Assembly (NCBI GenBank): GCA_046290225.1 | Contig: JBKAGE010000038.1 | Location: 96,001-160,000 of the forward strand | Source: Bradymonadia bacterium | GTDB lineage: Bacteria > Myxococcota_A > Bradymonadia > UBA7976 > UBA1532 | Length of the DNA: 64,000 bases | Reading direction: 5' to 3' | Shown here: piece after piece, positions 1-9,766 of the stretch | Position numbering within the stretch: the first letter of the stretch is position 1 | How the letters are laid out: every line of letters starts with the position of its first letter | The notes under the pieces: model-generated | What the model was told of the DNA's origin: nothing | The model's input: only the letters and a program-made list of their open reading frames with translations | The model's database searches: none | Program-made: the position numbers and the translations under genes

Positions 1-1500
1 GAAGATCTCTGGGGCTTTGCTCGGCCAGATCGAACCCACGAGTGCGCCAAAGATCGCGCCACCCAGATGCCCGGCGAAGCTCACCTGAGGCATCAGCACG
101 TCGAAGAGTGACTGAGCCAGCCACAACATCAGCCCGCCTGAAGCCACAGCACGGGCGGTGAGGGTGCCCACGAGACCGCGGCGCACCCAGGCCACGGCCA
201 CAAGGGCCCCCATGAGGCCCATCACCCCACCAGAGGCACCGAGGGTGATGCCGTACTGGCCGAAGAAGGCGATGCACAGCCCCCCGCCGATGACCGAGCT
301 CACGAAGACCGCGACGCCACCCCACAGGCCATAGAGTCGCTGGATGATGGGGGCCAGCACGGCGATGCCGCACAGGTTGGTTGCCAGATGCAGACCCCCC
401 TGGTGCAGCCAGCCGTAGGTCACCAGACGCCACGGGCTCTCGCTCCAAAGGTCCGTGGCGTCCACCACCATCGCCCACTCTTCCACCGACAGGCGCCACT
501 CGAGGAGGCTCCACCCCAACACGAGGGGCAATGAGAAGACCACCAGCATGCTGAGGATCAGGGCCAGGGTGAGGCCGCTCTGGTGCGGGCGCCCCAGTCT
601 GAACGACAGCCCGGCCCGGATCTCGGGACCAAGGCGGTCGAGGAGGGCGTGGGTCTCGGGCAGCACAGCCGCCGGTGCAGGCATGCTCTTCAGGCGCCGC
701 CGGGCCAGGGCCCGCACGCCCAAGGGCATACCTTCGCCTTCTGCAATGGGCTCAAGGCGCCGACGCGCAGTCTCTGCATCCCCAGCAGCCGCTTCCGCCG
801 TGGCGATCCAGACCTCGGCGAGAGGCGCAGGCAACCTCAGCACCTGCCCGAGGGCCCTCACCCACCGTACCCGACCCGCAAAGGCCAGCGGAGGCAGAGC
901 GAGCCAACGGGCATGGCGCAGGCGCCCCAGCGTCATGCGCCGCGTGGACCAGCGCCGCGCCATGAGCTCGGTGGCCTCGTGTAGCTGACCGAGCTCGCAC
1001 AACGCCCTGACCTGGATGTCGGCGGCCTGGCTGTTCGCCGCACGAGACCATTGATCTGTCGCTGCAAGCAGCCAGTCCCTGAGGGCCTCTGCGCTCGCGC
1101 TCGAAGATGCAGCGAAGGTGTCGATGAGGGCGTGGGCGGCCTCGGGCTGCCCCTCGGCGAGGGCGCTCAGGGCGTCGAGAGTGGGCACCAGCCCCCGTCG
1201 TCCCATGGCCATTTTGTCGAGCATGCGGGCCCATCGACTCGCCCGACGCAGGCGCCCCTGACGCAGCGCCCGCGTGAGGCCCCATTGCGCCAGCACAGGC
1301 AACACGAGGCTGGGCGCGGCGATGGCCACGGCCATCCAGAGCGGCCACTCCAGCTCCGCTGCCGTGCCATAGGCCACAGCGGCGATGACGCCGAGGGACA
1401 ACACACTGCGCACGCGCAGCCGACGCCGACGCACGGAAGCGATGAGGTGGCCGAACGCCACCCCGACGCATACAAAGGCGAGGAGGTGCAGCAGGCTCAG
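1..1500 (-). CDS. Rhomboid-family intramembrane serine protease with long N-terminal extension (runs off the left edge; missing from ORF track)
   Basis: Manual minus-strand translation gives PWRLVTYGWLHQGGLHLATNL, GITLGASGGVMG (catalytic GxSG) and SFAGHLGG (catalytic His). Start uncertain: CTG at 1500 follows GAGGAG; next in-frame GTG is near 1461. Confidence 0.85.
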   Translation of the reverse strand, partial: MSLLHLLAFVCVGVAFGHLIASVRRRRLRVRSVLSLGVIAAVAYGTAAELEWPLWMAVAIAAPSLVLPVLAQWGLTRALRQGRLRRASRWARMLDKMAMGRRGLVPTLDALSALAEGQPEAAHALIDTFAASSSASAEALRDWLLAATDQWSRAANSQAADIQVRALCELGQLHEATELMARRWSTRRMTLGRLRHARWLALPPLAFAGRVRWVRALGQVLRLPAPLAEVWIATAEAAAGDAETARRRLEPIAEGEGMPLGVRALARRRLKSMPAPAAVLPETHALLDRLGPEIRAGLSFRLGRPHQSGLTLALILSMLVVFSLPLVLGWSLLEWRLSVEEWAMVVDATDLWSESPWRLVTYGWLHQGGLHLATNLCGIAVLAPIIQRLYGLWGGVAVFVSSVIGGGLCIAFFGQYGITLGASGGVMGLMGALVAVAWVRRGLVGTLTARAVASGGLMLWLAQSLFDVLMPQVSFAGHLGGAIFGALVGSIWPSKAPEIF

Positions 1501-1511
1501 AGGCGCTCTCC

Positions 1512-1847
1512 TCAGCCCGGAGGCCAGTGGAGGGCGCGACCGCCAATGACGTGAACGTGCAGATGGAACACAGTCTGGCCAGCCCCAGCGCCATTGTTGA
1601 TGACCGTGCGGAAGTCTTTGAAGCCTTGAGCGTGGGCCACCTTCGCCGCCACCCGCATGAGGTGGCCGAGCAAGGCTTCGTCACCGTCTTCAACGGCGTC
1701 GAGCTGTGCGATCTCCTTGCGGGGGATCACCAGCAGATGCAGAGGGGCGGCGGGGTTGATGTCACGAAAAGCGATGCACAGTTCGTCTTCGTAGACGCGA
1801 TCGCTGGGGATCTCCCCGCTGAGGATTTTGCTGAAAATCGTGGGCAT
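1512..1847 (-). CDS. hinT: Histidine triad (HIT) nucleotide-binding protein
   Basis: TIFSKI..GEIP..VYED, AFRDINP.AP.HLLVIP and GQTVFHLHVHVIGG triad. Confidence 0.95.
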   Translation of the reverse strand: MPTIFSKILSGEIPSDRVYEDELCIAFRDINPAAPLHLLVIPRKEIAQLDAVEDGDEALLGHLMRVAAKVAHAQGFKDFRTVINNGAGAGQTVFHLHVHVIGGRALHWPPG

Positions 1848-1923
1848 GAACGCCTCCGGTCATTGAAGGCGTCAGCATACACCAGGCGCATGCGAATCGC
1901 CTGCGCCTGGTGTATCGGCACTC

Positions 1924-3639
1924 TCAGGGACAGACGTTGTCGGCCCCAGGGCTCGGGGCAGCGAGCGCGAAGTCGGTGGCGTTGTCGTCACTGTCTGGCC
2001 CACAGCGACTATACGCCTCTGCCCCATTCTCACCTTCGAGGGACATCCCCTCACCGACGCCGGCCATCTCGCCTTCGTACGCCACACCATCCACGAGGGT
2101 ACCACCCTGCACCAGGCGCACCCCGTCAGGGGCGCCGTTCTGCAGGAAGTTCGCCGAGGCTTCGAGGGTGAGCACCCCCTCAGGCACGGCATTGATGATC
2201 GCGGGCACCCCGATGACGAGGTAGCCACCTGCGGGCAACTCGGCACCAGCCATCGACAACTCGAACCTGCCGTACACCCCGTTCCCGTTGCCGTTCACCG
2301 CCTCCACAACCAGACCGTTCAACGGCGCGGCTTCACCTGTGCCGTTGTAGATCTCCAGGAACTCGCCAGCGTCGGCCCCGGGCTGGTCATAGTCGATCTC
2401 GTTGATCACCAGAGCTGGGGCGTCACCGCCCATGCCCCCCATGGGCGCTCCGCCCATACCACCCTCGCCACCCATTCCGCCTTCGCCACCCATGCCGCCC
2501 ATGCCACCCATGCCACCCATGGGGGGATCGCCGAGTTCAAAGTCTTCAGCGACGCGGGGGTTGAGGCTGAACGTGCGCACGCCGCCGCGCTCGGTCACGC
2601 GAAGCACACCATCGACGCGGGGCGCCATCTGGCCCGCCACGGGCAGGGCGGGGAACGGCCCCAGGAAGTCGTCCACGAGCAAGTTCTCGCCCTCGGGGTT
2701 GGTGAGGGTGAAGTTGCCCGAGGCGTCGCTCACGCTGGCCACCACAGCACCGCGGATCGACAAGAGCATGCCCTCGAGGGCGTCATCTCCACCGCCCGTG
2801 GCGGCCACGGGCACAGTGGCCTCTCGAGGCATGATGACATCTGCGCCTTCGATGGAGAGGTTGGCCACCCGAGCCAGCTGACGCTGGGTGCGGAATTCCC
2901 CTGTGAAGCCCGTCACCGTCACCAGATCTCCAACGCTCGGGGCCGCGATCTCACAGTCGTCTTCGCAGGTATCGTCCCCGAGGTAGATCCAGATACCCTG
3001 GAATGCCCCGTCCCCTCTCGGGGACTGGATGGCCAGATTGGTGATCTCACCGTCGCCATTGGTCCGCACGGCGGTGACCACCCCTCGGGCCACCACCAGG
3101 GTGTCGAGGGGCGTCATGGTCCTGATCTCGGCGATGGGGGTCGGACAGCCGCCGAACCTGTCCGCAGGCTCGCCATCACAGGGTGCCTCACCACCCATGC
3201 CGCCTTCTCCACCCATGGGCAGGCCGCCGACGGGCTCGCCGCCCATACCGCCCTCTCCCCCCATGGGCTCACCACCGATGGGCATGCCGCCCACGGGCTC
3301 ACCCCCCATGCCACCTTCACCGCCGACAGGCATACCACCCACGGGCATGCCGCCGACGGGTTCACCGCCCACGGGCTCACCACCTGCTCCACCCTCAGGC
3401 ATGCCACCCACAGGCTCTCCCCCCATGGGCATACCGCCCATGCCACCTGCTCCACCGACGTCGATGATCATGCCGCCGACACCGGGCACCCCACCGCTGC
3501 CGGCGCCACCAGCGCCGCCGCGTCCGCCGGGCACACCGCGATCAGGCGAAGTGGCGCTCTCGTTTTCGCTCTCGCACCCCGCGAGGGCGAGCGCCCCCGT
3601 GAGCACAGCCCACAAAATCTTCTGTTGTGTGTATTGCAT
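1924..3639 (-). CDS. Lipoprotein with Gly/Met/Glu/Pro low-complexity linkers, OB-fold-like middle and C-terminal lamin-tail-like domain
   Basis: Lipobox LAGC; repeated GGMGGEPVGG; LVINEIDYDQPGADAGEFLEIYN and terminal SPG motif typical of LTD. Confidence 0.75.
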   Translation of the reverse strand: MQYTQQKILWAVLTGALALAGCESENESATSPDRGVPGGRGGAGGAGSGGVPGVGGMIIDVGGAGGMGGMPMGGEPVGGMPEGGAGGEPVGGEPVGGMPVGGMPVGGEGGMGGEPVGGMPIGGEPMGGEGGMGGEPVGGLPMGGEGGMGGEAPCDGEPADRFGGCPTPIAEIRTMTPLDTLVVARGVVTAVRTNGDGEITNLAIQSPRGDGAFQGIWIYLGDDTCEDDCEIAAPSVGDLVTVTGFTGEFRTQRQLARVANLSIEGADVIMPREATVPVAATGGGDDALEGMLLSIRGAVVASVSDASGNFTLTNPEGENLLVDDFLGPFPALPVAGQMAPRVDGVLRVTERGGVRTFSLNPRVAEDFELGDPPMGGMGGMGGMGGEGGMGGEGGMGGAPMGGMGGDAPALVINEIDYDQPGADAGEFLEIYNGTGEAAPLNGLVVEAVNGNGNGVYGRFELSMAGAELPAGGYLVIGVPAIINAVPEGVLTLEASANFLQNGAPDGVRLVQGGTLVDGVAYEGEMAGVGEGMSLEGENGAEAYSRCGPDSDDNATDFALAAPSPGADNVCP

Positions 3640-3746
3640 GCTCGGCTCCCTGATGTGGCCTCCAGGGGAGGCTGAAGGGGCGGGAACCTATCACACGACT
3701 CGAATACGAAAGTGACAGCTTGGTGAAAGCTCGTCGTGCAGTGCGT

Positions 3747-4586
3747 TCAGGTGTCGTCGGTGTCTTCTGGCACAGCGGCAGAGGCCAGCAGCGCCCGAAC
3801 ATCGGGGTTGTTGGGCAGGAAGATCTTCGCCGAGGGGCTCATGGCGATCCGCTCGAGGGTCTCGAGGTACTTCAGGGCCATCAGATACTGCACGGCGTTG
3901 GCCTTGCCCATCTCCGCTGCCGCCTGGCGGAAGACTTCCATGTCGGCGTCCACCAACGTACGCACCGCCTGGGCGGTGCCCTCGGCCTTGAGGAATCGCG
4001 CCTGGCGCTCCCCTTCAGCCCGTGAGACCAGAGCGTTGCGCTCCCGCTCTGCGGACATCTGCTGCAGCATGGCACCGCTGGCTTCTTCGTTCGCCGCCCG
4101 CAGCTCCTGTACCTCGACGCGGTTGACCCGGACACCCCACTTCTTGCCTGTGGCTTCGACCTCGGCGAGCAGCCCCTCGTTGATGCGCCCGCGGGCGCCG
4201 AGGGCCTCGTTGAGGGTCATGGCACCGAGCAGGTTGCGCAGCGTGGTCACCGCCAGATCGGTGATCGAGCGGGGCAGGTTCTCCACCTCATACACCGCCC
4301 GCACCGGATCGACGATCTGCCAGAAGACCGAAGCGTCGGCGAGCATCTCCACGTTGTCTTGGGTGATGATGGTTCGGGGCTGCGTGTCGGTCTGCTGCTC
4401 TGCGAGCTCGACGAGGATCGACTTCTCGCGATGCTTCCGGCAGGCCTGGGGCCAGTCGGGCAGCATCTTCGGGGCATCGAGCATCGGCACCCTGAACCGC
4501 AGCCCGCTCTGGGCAATGCGATGGAACCGCCCGAGGCGCTCGAAGATGATCACCGTCGCCTGAGGCACCTGATACAGAATGGCCAC
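3747..4586 (-). CDS. SPFH/band 7 (QmcA-like) protein
   Basis: IFERLGRF, IITQDNV, TTLRNLLG, KWGVRVNRVEV, QQMSAERER..AEG. Confidence 0.93.
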   Translation of the reverse strand: MAILYQVPQATVIIFERLGRFHRIAQSGLRFRVPMLDAPKMLPDWPQACRKHREKSILVELAEQQTDTQPRTIITQDNVEMLADASVFWQIVDPVRAVYEVENLPRSITDLAVTTLRNLLGAMTLNEALGARGRINEGLLAEVEATGKKWGVRVNRVEVQELRAANEEASGAMLQQMSAERERNALVSRAEGERQARFLKAEGTAQAVRTLVDADMEVFRQAAAEMGKANAVQYLMALKYLETLERIAMSPSAKIFLPNNPDVRALLASAAVPEDTDDT

Positions 4587-4597
4587 GGGATCCTCCT

Positions 4598-5050
4598 CTA
4601 TGCCTGCAGGGGGCCCTCACAGTGAATCACGGGCGTCTGCTCGTCGAGAGCCACCACCCGCGCTGCCCCACCGACGACAGGGGACGGCGAGTCTTCAGCG
4701 AGGCGAGCAGACCAGAGATCGCCTTCCAGCTCGATCATGATCGGCTGAGGCTCGACCCGTTTCACCACACAGCGACTGCCCACGAGTCGATCGACGTTGG
4801 TTTGTATCCGCGCCGGGAACAAGCGCTCGGTCACCCGCTCACCATAACGCACCGCCAGTGACACCGTGATCACCATACCCCCGGCAGCGAGCCCCCACCG
4901 CCACCCCACGGCGACGCCCAGAGCTGCGAGGCCCCGCTCGATGAGCAGGGCGATGCCTGCACCGGAGAGCAGCCCCCCGGAAGGGATGACGAGGTCCACC
5001 AGGACCAGAGCCGCGCCCACGAGGGTGAGGATCAACGTGAGATCGTCCAC
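4598..5050 (-). CDS. NfeD-family (YbbJ-like) membrane protein
   Basis: Hydrophobic N-terminus, NVDRLVG and LEGDLWSAR OB motif; directly upstream of SPFH gene, the usual pairing. Confidence 0.85.
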   Translation of the reverse strand: MDDLTLILTLVGAALVLVDLVIPSGGLLSGAGIALLIERGLAALGVAVGWRWGLAAGGMVITVSLAVRYGERVTERLFPARIQTNVDRLVGSRCVVKRVEPQPIMIELEGDLWSARLAEDSPSPVVGGAARVVALDEQTPVIHCEGPLQA

Positions 5051-6364
5051 CTACTCTCCCACCCGCACACACACAGCAGCGCCCCAGAGCGGTGCGCCCG
5101 AGGCATCGACAGGTCGCAGCACGTGCACACGCTCTGCTGGATCGAAGAAGTCTTCGAGGGCGACGAGGCCAAAGACCGGCTGAGTGCCGTCGAGGGTCGC
5201 GAGGCCGCCCTCTCGAACCACCTGGGCTTCCTCACCGGACCGCCAGCGCCAGACTCCGAGGGCGCTCAGGCGGGCGTCGGTGCCCACCACCTGCAAACCG
5301 TCGCCCTGTCCGACGACGCCGCAGTAGAAGAGGCCAGGTACGAAAGGTTGCCCCTGCTCTGCAGCGGAGGGCGACCAGCCCAAATACAACGCGTTGATGC
5401 GCTCACCTGGTATACGCACCTGACCAGCAAGACCCACAGAGCCAGCCGTGGCCGAGAGCGCACGCTCTGTGCCATCTTCAGTGCCCGGCAGCTCTTCGTC
5501 ACCAGGCAGGAACCGCCACCGCCTCAGGGTGGCCTCGGGTACGCCCATGCTCACCGAAGGCAGTGGCTCTGCGGCACCGACGGCCTGACGCTCCCGCTCA
5601 GCCCAGCGCATCGCCTCCGGATCACCGAGCCACAGGCCGTGCTCCCCGGCGCCTTCCACCGAGAGACGCACGTACTCAGCGTAGTAGGGCAGCGGCACCT
5701 GTCTCGCGCCGGGGCTGAGGGCCTGGACCATCACCGCAAAAGTCGGTGTCATGTTGCCGGCCTCGGTGTCGTTCACCAGCACGGCGATGCGGTTGGTCGA
5801 CTCCACGGCGCCTCGAAGCACGCCTGACACAGGGAACGCATCGAGCTGCACCTGATCAGGCTGCTCGGGGTGAGGCACCAGTTGGGTTTCGGTGAACAGC
5901 GGCGTGCCGTCGAAGTCGTACACGCCCACCTCCCGGCCACCATCAGAGACCACCAGTACAGTCTCGAAGACCTGCGTGCTTCCGGTGGCGATCTCGCTGA
6001 TGCCGTAGATGTGCCACTGCCCTTCGAGAGCAGCGACCTCTACAGGCGGAAGCATCATGTCTGGGATCTCTGCATCGACGACGGCATCAGACATCCACAC
6101 ATCTGGCGCAGCGTCAGGGATGACAGCATCCCCAGCCTCTCCACCATCGTGTGTGGTGGCATCCGAGAGGGTGGCCATATCAACCATCATGGCGTCGAAG
6201 TCGGCGCCGGCATCCCCAGGGGGGGTGCCCATGTCGGCGGATGCTGCGTCGGCGCGCTCATCGGGGAGTTCGATGTCACCGATGAGGACCTGGCACCCCA
6301 TTATGGGGGTGCAGAGCACCGCGAGGCGGGTCACGAAACGGGCGAGTGAAGGCAGCGCGTTCAT
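5051..6364 (-). CDS. Hypothetical lipoprotein with Asp/Ala/Met-rich linker
   Basis: Signal ending IMGC followed by DA(M)-rich low-complexity stretch; abuts the NfeD gene. Confidence 0.65.
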   Translation of the reverse strand: MNALPSLARFVTRLAVLCTPIMGCQVLIGDIELPDERADAASADMGTPPGDAGADFDAMMVDMATLSDATTHDGGEAGDAVIPDAAPDVWMSDAVVDAEIPDMMLPPVEVAALEGQWHIYGISEIATGSTQVFETVLVVSDGGREVGVYDFDGTPLFTETQLVPHPEQPDQVQLDAFPVSGVLRGAVESTNRIAVLVNDTEAGNMTPTFAVMVQALSPGARQVPLPYYAEYVRLSVEGAGEHGLWLGDPEAMRWAERERQAVGAAEPLPSVSMGVPEATLRRWRFLPGDEELPGTEDGTERALSATAGSVGLAGQVRIPGERINALYLGWSPSAAEQGQPFVPGLFYCGVVGQGDGLQVVGTDARLSALGVWRWRSGEEAQVVREGGLATLDGTQPVFGLVALEDFFDPAERVHVLRPVDASGAPLWGAAVCVRVGE

Positions 6365-6464
6365 CGAGGGGAAGCTAACCCCTTCCCCCCCATCACCACA
6401 AGCGAAGCAGCCATGTTGAGGCGACGAGAACAGGTCCTCAGCATGAGGATCGCCGTACCTCGGC

Positions 6465-7322
6465 TCAGAGCGCGTCGATCAAGCGCGGGATGGCAGCCTG
6501 CAGAAGCTTGATGAAGTCGCTGCGGCTCCGAGCAGCCACCGCCTTCACGTCTTCGTGAGTCAAAGCCTCAGTGCTCAAACCCGCCGCAGCATTGGTGATG
6601 CACGAGATGCCTGCGCAGCGCATACCGGCGTGGTGCGCGGCGATGACCTCGTGCACCGTGGACATGCCCACAGCGTCGGCGCCGAGGGTGCGCAGCATAC
6701 GGACCTCTGCGGGGGTCTCGTACGACGGCCCCAATACCCCGGCGTACACCCCCATGCGCAGCAGCAGGCCCGCAGCGGCGGCGCCTCGCTGAATGCAGTC
6801 CCGGAGATCCCTCGGGTAGGTGGTGGACATATCGGGGAAACGCACTCCGATGCGGGCGTCATTGGGCCCCGTGAGCGGGTTTTGCCCAGTGAGGTTGATG
6901 TGATCGGTGATCACCATCAAATCACCGGGGCGCGCGTCAGGGTGGATGCCTCCCGATGCGTTGGTGATGAGCACCCCCTTCACCCCCCATGCAGCGAGGC
7001 TGCGCAGCGGGCGCACCACGGCAGAGGGGGTATGGCCTTCATAGAGGTGCACCCGGCCGGAGAGGACCGCCACCGGGCGATCGTCCACCCGGCCGAGGAC
7101 CAGCTCACCTGCATGGCCCGTGACGCTGGCTTCTGGGAAGCCGGGGATCTCGCCAAAGGGGATCACCCTGCGATCGTCGAGGGTGGCGCTGAAGGCGCCG
7201 AGTCCGCTGCCAAGCACAGCCACCAGCGCTGGGGCCTCGCCCTCCTGGCTCAATCGCTCCCGTGCCTGGTCGATCAGCTCATAATCATTTTGATTGTTGT
7301 CAGTCAAACCGCACCTGTTCAT
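6465..7322 (-). CDS. punA: Purine-nucleoside phosphorylase (trimeric type)
   Basis: VLGSGLG, GHAGELV, GRVHLYEG, TNASGG, GPSYETPAE, GADAVGMST, CITN..AG. Confidence 0.95.
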   Translation of the reverse strand: MNRCGLTDNNQNDYELIDQARERLSQEGEAPALVAVLGSGLGAFSATLDDRRVIPFGEIPGFPEASVTGHAGELVLGRVDDRPVAVLSGRVHLYEGHTPSAVVRPLRSLAAWGVKGVLITNASGGIHPDARPGDLMVITDHINLTGQNPLTGPNDARIGVRFPDMSTTYPRDLRDCIQRGAAAAGLLLRMGVYAGVLGPSYETPAEVRMLRTLGADAVGMSTVHEVIAAHHAGMRCAGISCITNAAAGLSTEALTHEDVKAVAARSRSDFIKLLQAAIPRLIDAL

Positions 7323-7373
7323 TCATCGCAAACCCCTCATCAAGACCAGCTTTTGGTGAAGCTGTCAACGAAT

Positions 7374-8861
7374 TCACTCAGAGGGCTTTTCAATCGACGA
7401 AGCCCAAGCATCTCCGGACGATGTCGCCCGTCCGTCTTCCTCGAGCTTGATCAGGTGGGCCTTCAGGGAGAGCTCGGCGATGGGCCACACCTCGGGCGCC
7501 ACGTCGCCGTACACTTGGGGCAATAGCTCGGCGAGGGGCGTCGGCGCGGGTGTGAGCGCCCGCATCACCAGGGCCTCGCGCATGAGGCGGTGCTCGATGT
7601 ATCCCGTAAGCTTGGCCTCCACGCCGCCGATCACCGGCCCATGGCTGGGCATCAAACAGGCGGGGGCAATGTCTCTGAGGCGACGCAAGCTCTCGAGGTA
7701 CAAGGCCATCGATCCGTCGCCGGGCTCCACCAGGATCGTGCCGACGCCCGCGACCATGTCGCCGCTCACCATGCACCGAGTGGCAGTGTCGAGGAAGCAC
7801 AGGTGCCCCGGCGCGTGACCGGGCGTGTGCAACACCTGCCAGTCCCCCGTATCGCAGGGCAACACGTCGCCTTCGTCGATGAGCACGTCCACGTCGAAGC
7901 CCACCCTGCTCGCCGTCTCGGGGTGCCCGTAAATGGGCACGCCCAAGGCCCGGGCGAGGTGAGCGGCCCCGCCGACGTGATCATTGTGGTGATGGGTGAG
8001 CACCATGCCCTTCACCTCTGCGCCCTCGGCCATCCGCGCCCGCAAGTGTGCCTCCAGAGCCGACCGGCCCTCTGGATAGGGCGATGCAGGATCGAAGACC
8101 CACAACGTACGCTCACCGCCGATGTACACATTGGTGTGGGTTGCCGGGGGCAGCGTCGGCGTCAACACAGGGAACAAGGTCACCCCTGGACGAATGCGGG
8201 CATATCTCGGTGCCTGCCCTCGGGCCTCTTCGATGGCTTCGAAGCGCGCCGGCGCGTTCAATGCCCCTTCACCCAAAGCCTCCAGCAACCACTGTGTGGA
8301 AGGGGCCAGCAGAACCTCTCCTACAGACCACGCCGCAAGCGCCTCTTGGGCGGTGATCCATGCACCATCTTGGAGCTCGGAATGATCAGGCCCGATCTTC
8401 ACGTACTCTGGTGCCTCCACTTCAGCAGCATAGAAGTAAGTCAGGAATGGCTTCACCACGTAATCGGGGGTACGCCACCGACCTGCTGGGATCAGTCCGG
8501 TCAAATCCAAGGTGATGTGCAGCGACTTGAGCGCGTTGGCGAAAGATGTACCTGCGGAGATGGCCTGCTCGAAGGCAACGCGTTCACTGGGGCTCAACTG
8601 CGCCCCCACCAGATATCCCACCTCTTCCCAGGTCTCTCGAATCGCCGCCACCTGGGCCTGACGCACCTCGGGATCGGCGTCGCCTCCTTGGGTGGGGACC
8701 TCGAGATCCTCAGGCTCTGCCCGGCCTCCAGGGAAACAATGATAGCCACTCAGAAAGCTGCTGTTGGGGTGCCGACGGGCCCAAAAGACGCGGGGTGTTC
8801 CATCCCGCGAATGATGGATCAAGAGAATGGAGCCGCTGAGGACGAGCGAGGGGTTGGCCAT
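7374..8861 (-). CDS. NUDIX domain + metallo-beta-lactamase (LACTB2-like) fusion hydrolase
   Basis: FPGGRAEPED and AAIRETWEEVG Nudix box; TLPPATHTN, THHHNDH, HTPGHAPGH, SGD, PSHG MBL motifs; C-terminal AHLIKL winged-helix-like end. Confidence 0.9.
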   Translation of the reverse strand: MANPSLVLSGSILLIHHSRDGTPRVFWARRHPNSSFLSGYHCFPGGRAEPEDLEVPTQGGDADPEVRQAQVAAIRETWEEVGYLVGAQLSPSERVAFEQAISAGTSFANALKSLHITLDLTGLIPAGRWRTPDYVVKPFLTYFYAAEVEAPEYVKIGPDHSELQDGAWITAQEALAAWSVGEVLLAPSTQWLLEALGEGALNAPARFEAIEEARGQAPRYARIRPGVTLFPVLTPTLPPATHTNVYIGGERTLWVFDPASPYPEGRSALEAHLRARMAEGAEVKGMVLTHHHNDHVGGAAHLARALGVPIYGHPETASRVGFDVDVLIDEGDVLPCDTGDWQVLHTPGHAPGHLCFLDTATRCMVSGDMVAGVGTILVEPGDGSMALYLESLRRLRDIAPACLMPSHGPVIGGVEAKLTGYIEHRLMREALVMRALTPAPTPLAELLPQVYGDVAPEVWPIAELSLKAHLIKLEEDGRATSSGDAWASSIEKPSE

Positions 8862-9012
8862 GAAAACGACTGTGCTCCAGAGTGGTTAAGATGACTACAT
8901 TTAGGGATATGCAACCATGCTTCAGATGTGTAAAGATCTTCAACTGATCGCCGGGATCTCCCCCCGTTCGAAGGGCGCATCCCGTTGAAAATCATGACGA
9001 AAAGTTTGCCCT

Positions 9013-9021
9013 TTATCCACA
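9013..9021 (+). promoter_or_regulatory. Isolated perfect DnaA box (TTATCCACA)
   Basis: Exact consensus in a divergent intergenic region; only one copy seen. Confidence 0.3.
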
Positions 9022-9146
9022 GGGGCATACTCTCGGAGGTGGCTGGAATCCATAAGGAAGTTCCAACCCATTGAGACAACGCCGCTCTCTCCCGGGGTCA
9101 CGCTGACACCGGGTGGGCAGCCTCGACGCTCAACAGGGAGGCCCGT

Positions 9147-9740
9147 TTGCAATCCATCCAACACGACACGGTTCCTGGGCGGTTCGAAGCCCTGCTCTGG
9201 CAGGATGCTTCGGCGCCAGCGGTTCAACTTCGCGGTCCAGGGCGGATCCGCAGTTGGGTACGTGCGGCCATCGAGCACCGCGCGGCTCAGTACCTTGCAG
9301 CAGGTGTGCTCCCCGAGCAGCCCACCGCCATCGCCATCGGCCGCGGATCTGCAGTGGACACCCTCGCCCTCTGCTGGCTGGCCCTGGCCAATGGTCACCC
9401 GCTCACCGATCCTGCACGGGCCAACACCCAGCTCTCTGCTGGTGATCAAATCCTCGGCGGCGTCAAGCCGACCACCTACAGCATCAAGTCCCGGATTCAC
9501 CCCGAGACCATTGCGTTGATGTTGCCTGAGGGCCCCGTCACCCACGGCGAACTGATGGAGCGCTTGCAGGCCGAGCCTGACTGGCAACCCCTCAGCGCCA
9601 CGGTGAGTCAAGCGCTGCGCACATTGCTCACCGGCACCCCCTGGGTGATCCACGGCGCCCGCCGACCGGCCCTCGAGATCGCTGGCCGGGGCCCCTCCGC
9701 CAAGAACCCCGACGCCAAGGGCGTATCCACCGCAGCCTGA
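9147..9740 (+). CDS. Hypothetical protein
   Basis: 197-aa ORF, TTG start after GGGAGG; no motif recognised. Confidence 0.6.
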   Translation: MQSIQHDTVPGRFEALLWQDASAPAVQLRGPGRIRSWVRAAIEHRAAQYLAAGVLPEQPTAIAIGRGSAVDTLALCWLALANGHPLTDPARANTQLSAGDQILGGVKPTTYSIKSRIHPETIALMLPEGPVTHGELMERLQAEPDWQPLSATVSQALRTLLTGTPWVIHGARRPALEIAGRGPSAKNPDAKGVSTAA

Positions 9741-9766
9741 GCCCTCGATCCTCGGAGCCCACCCTC

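Noticed and set aside
455..1554. Plus-strand ORFs listed at the window start
   Set aside because: Antisense to the rhomboid gene, which the track missed because it has no stop inside the window.
8960..9015. c-di-GMP-I riboswitch (AGGGCAAAC...GGGATGC on the - strand)
   Set aside because: Lacks the GAAA tetraloop stem, the following GCAAAG and a recognisable second stem.
9013..9021. Replication origin
   Set aside because: Single DnaA box, no cluster or unwinding element, and no dnaA/dnaN nearby.
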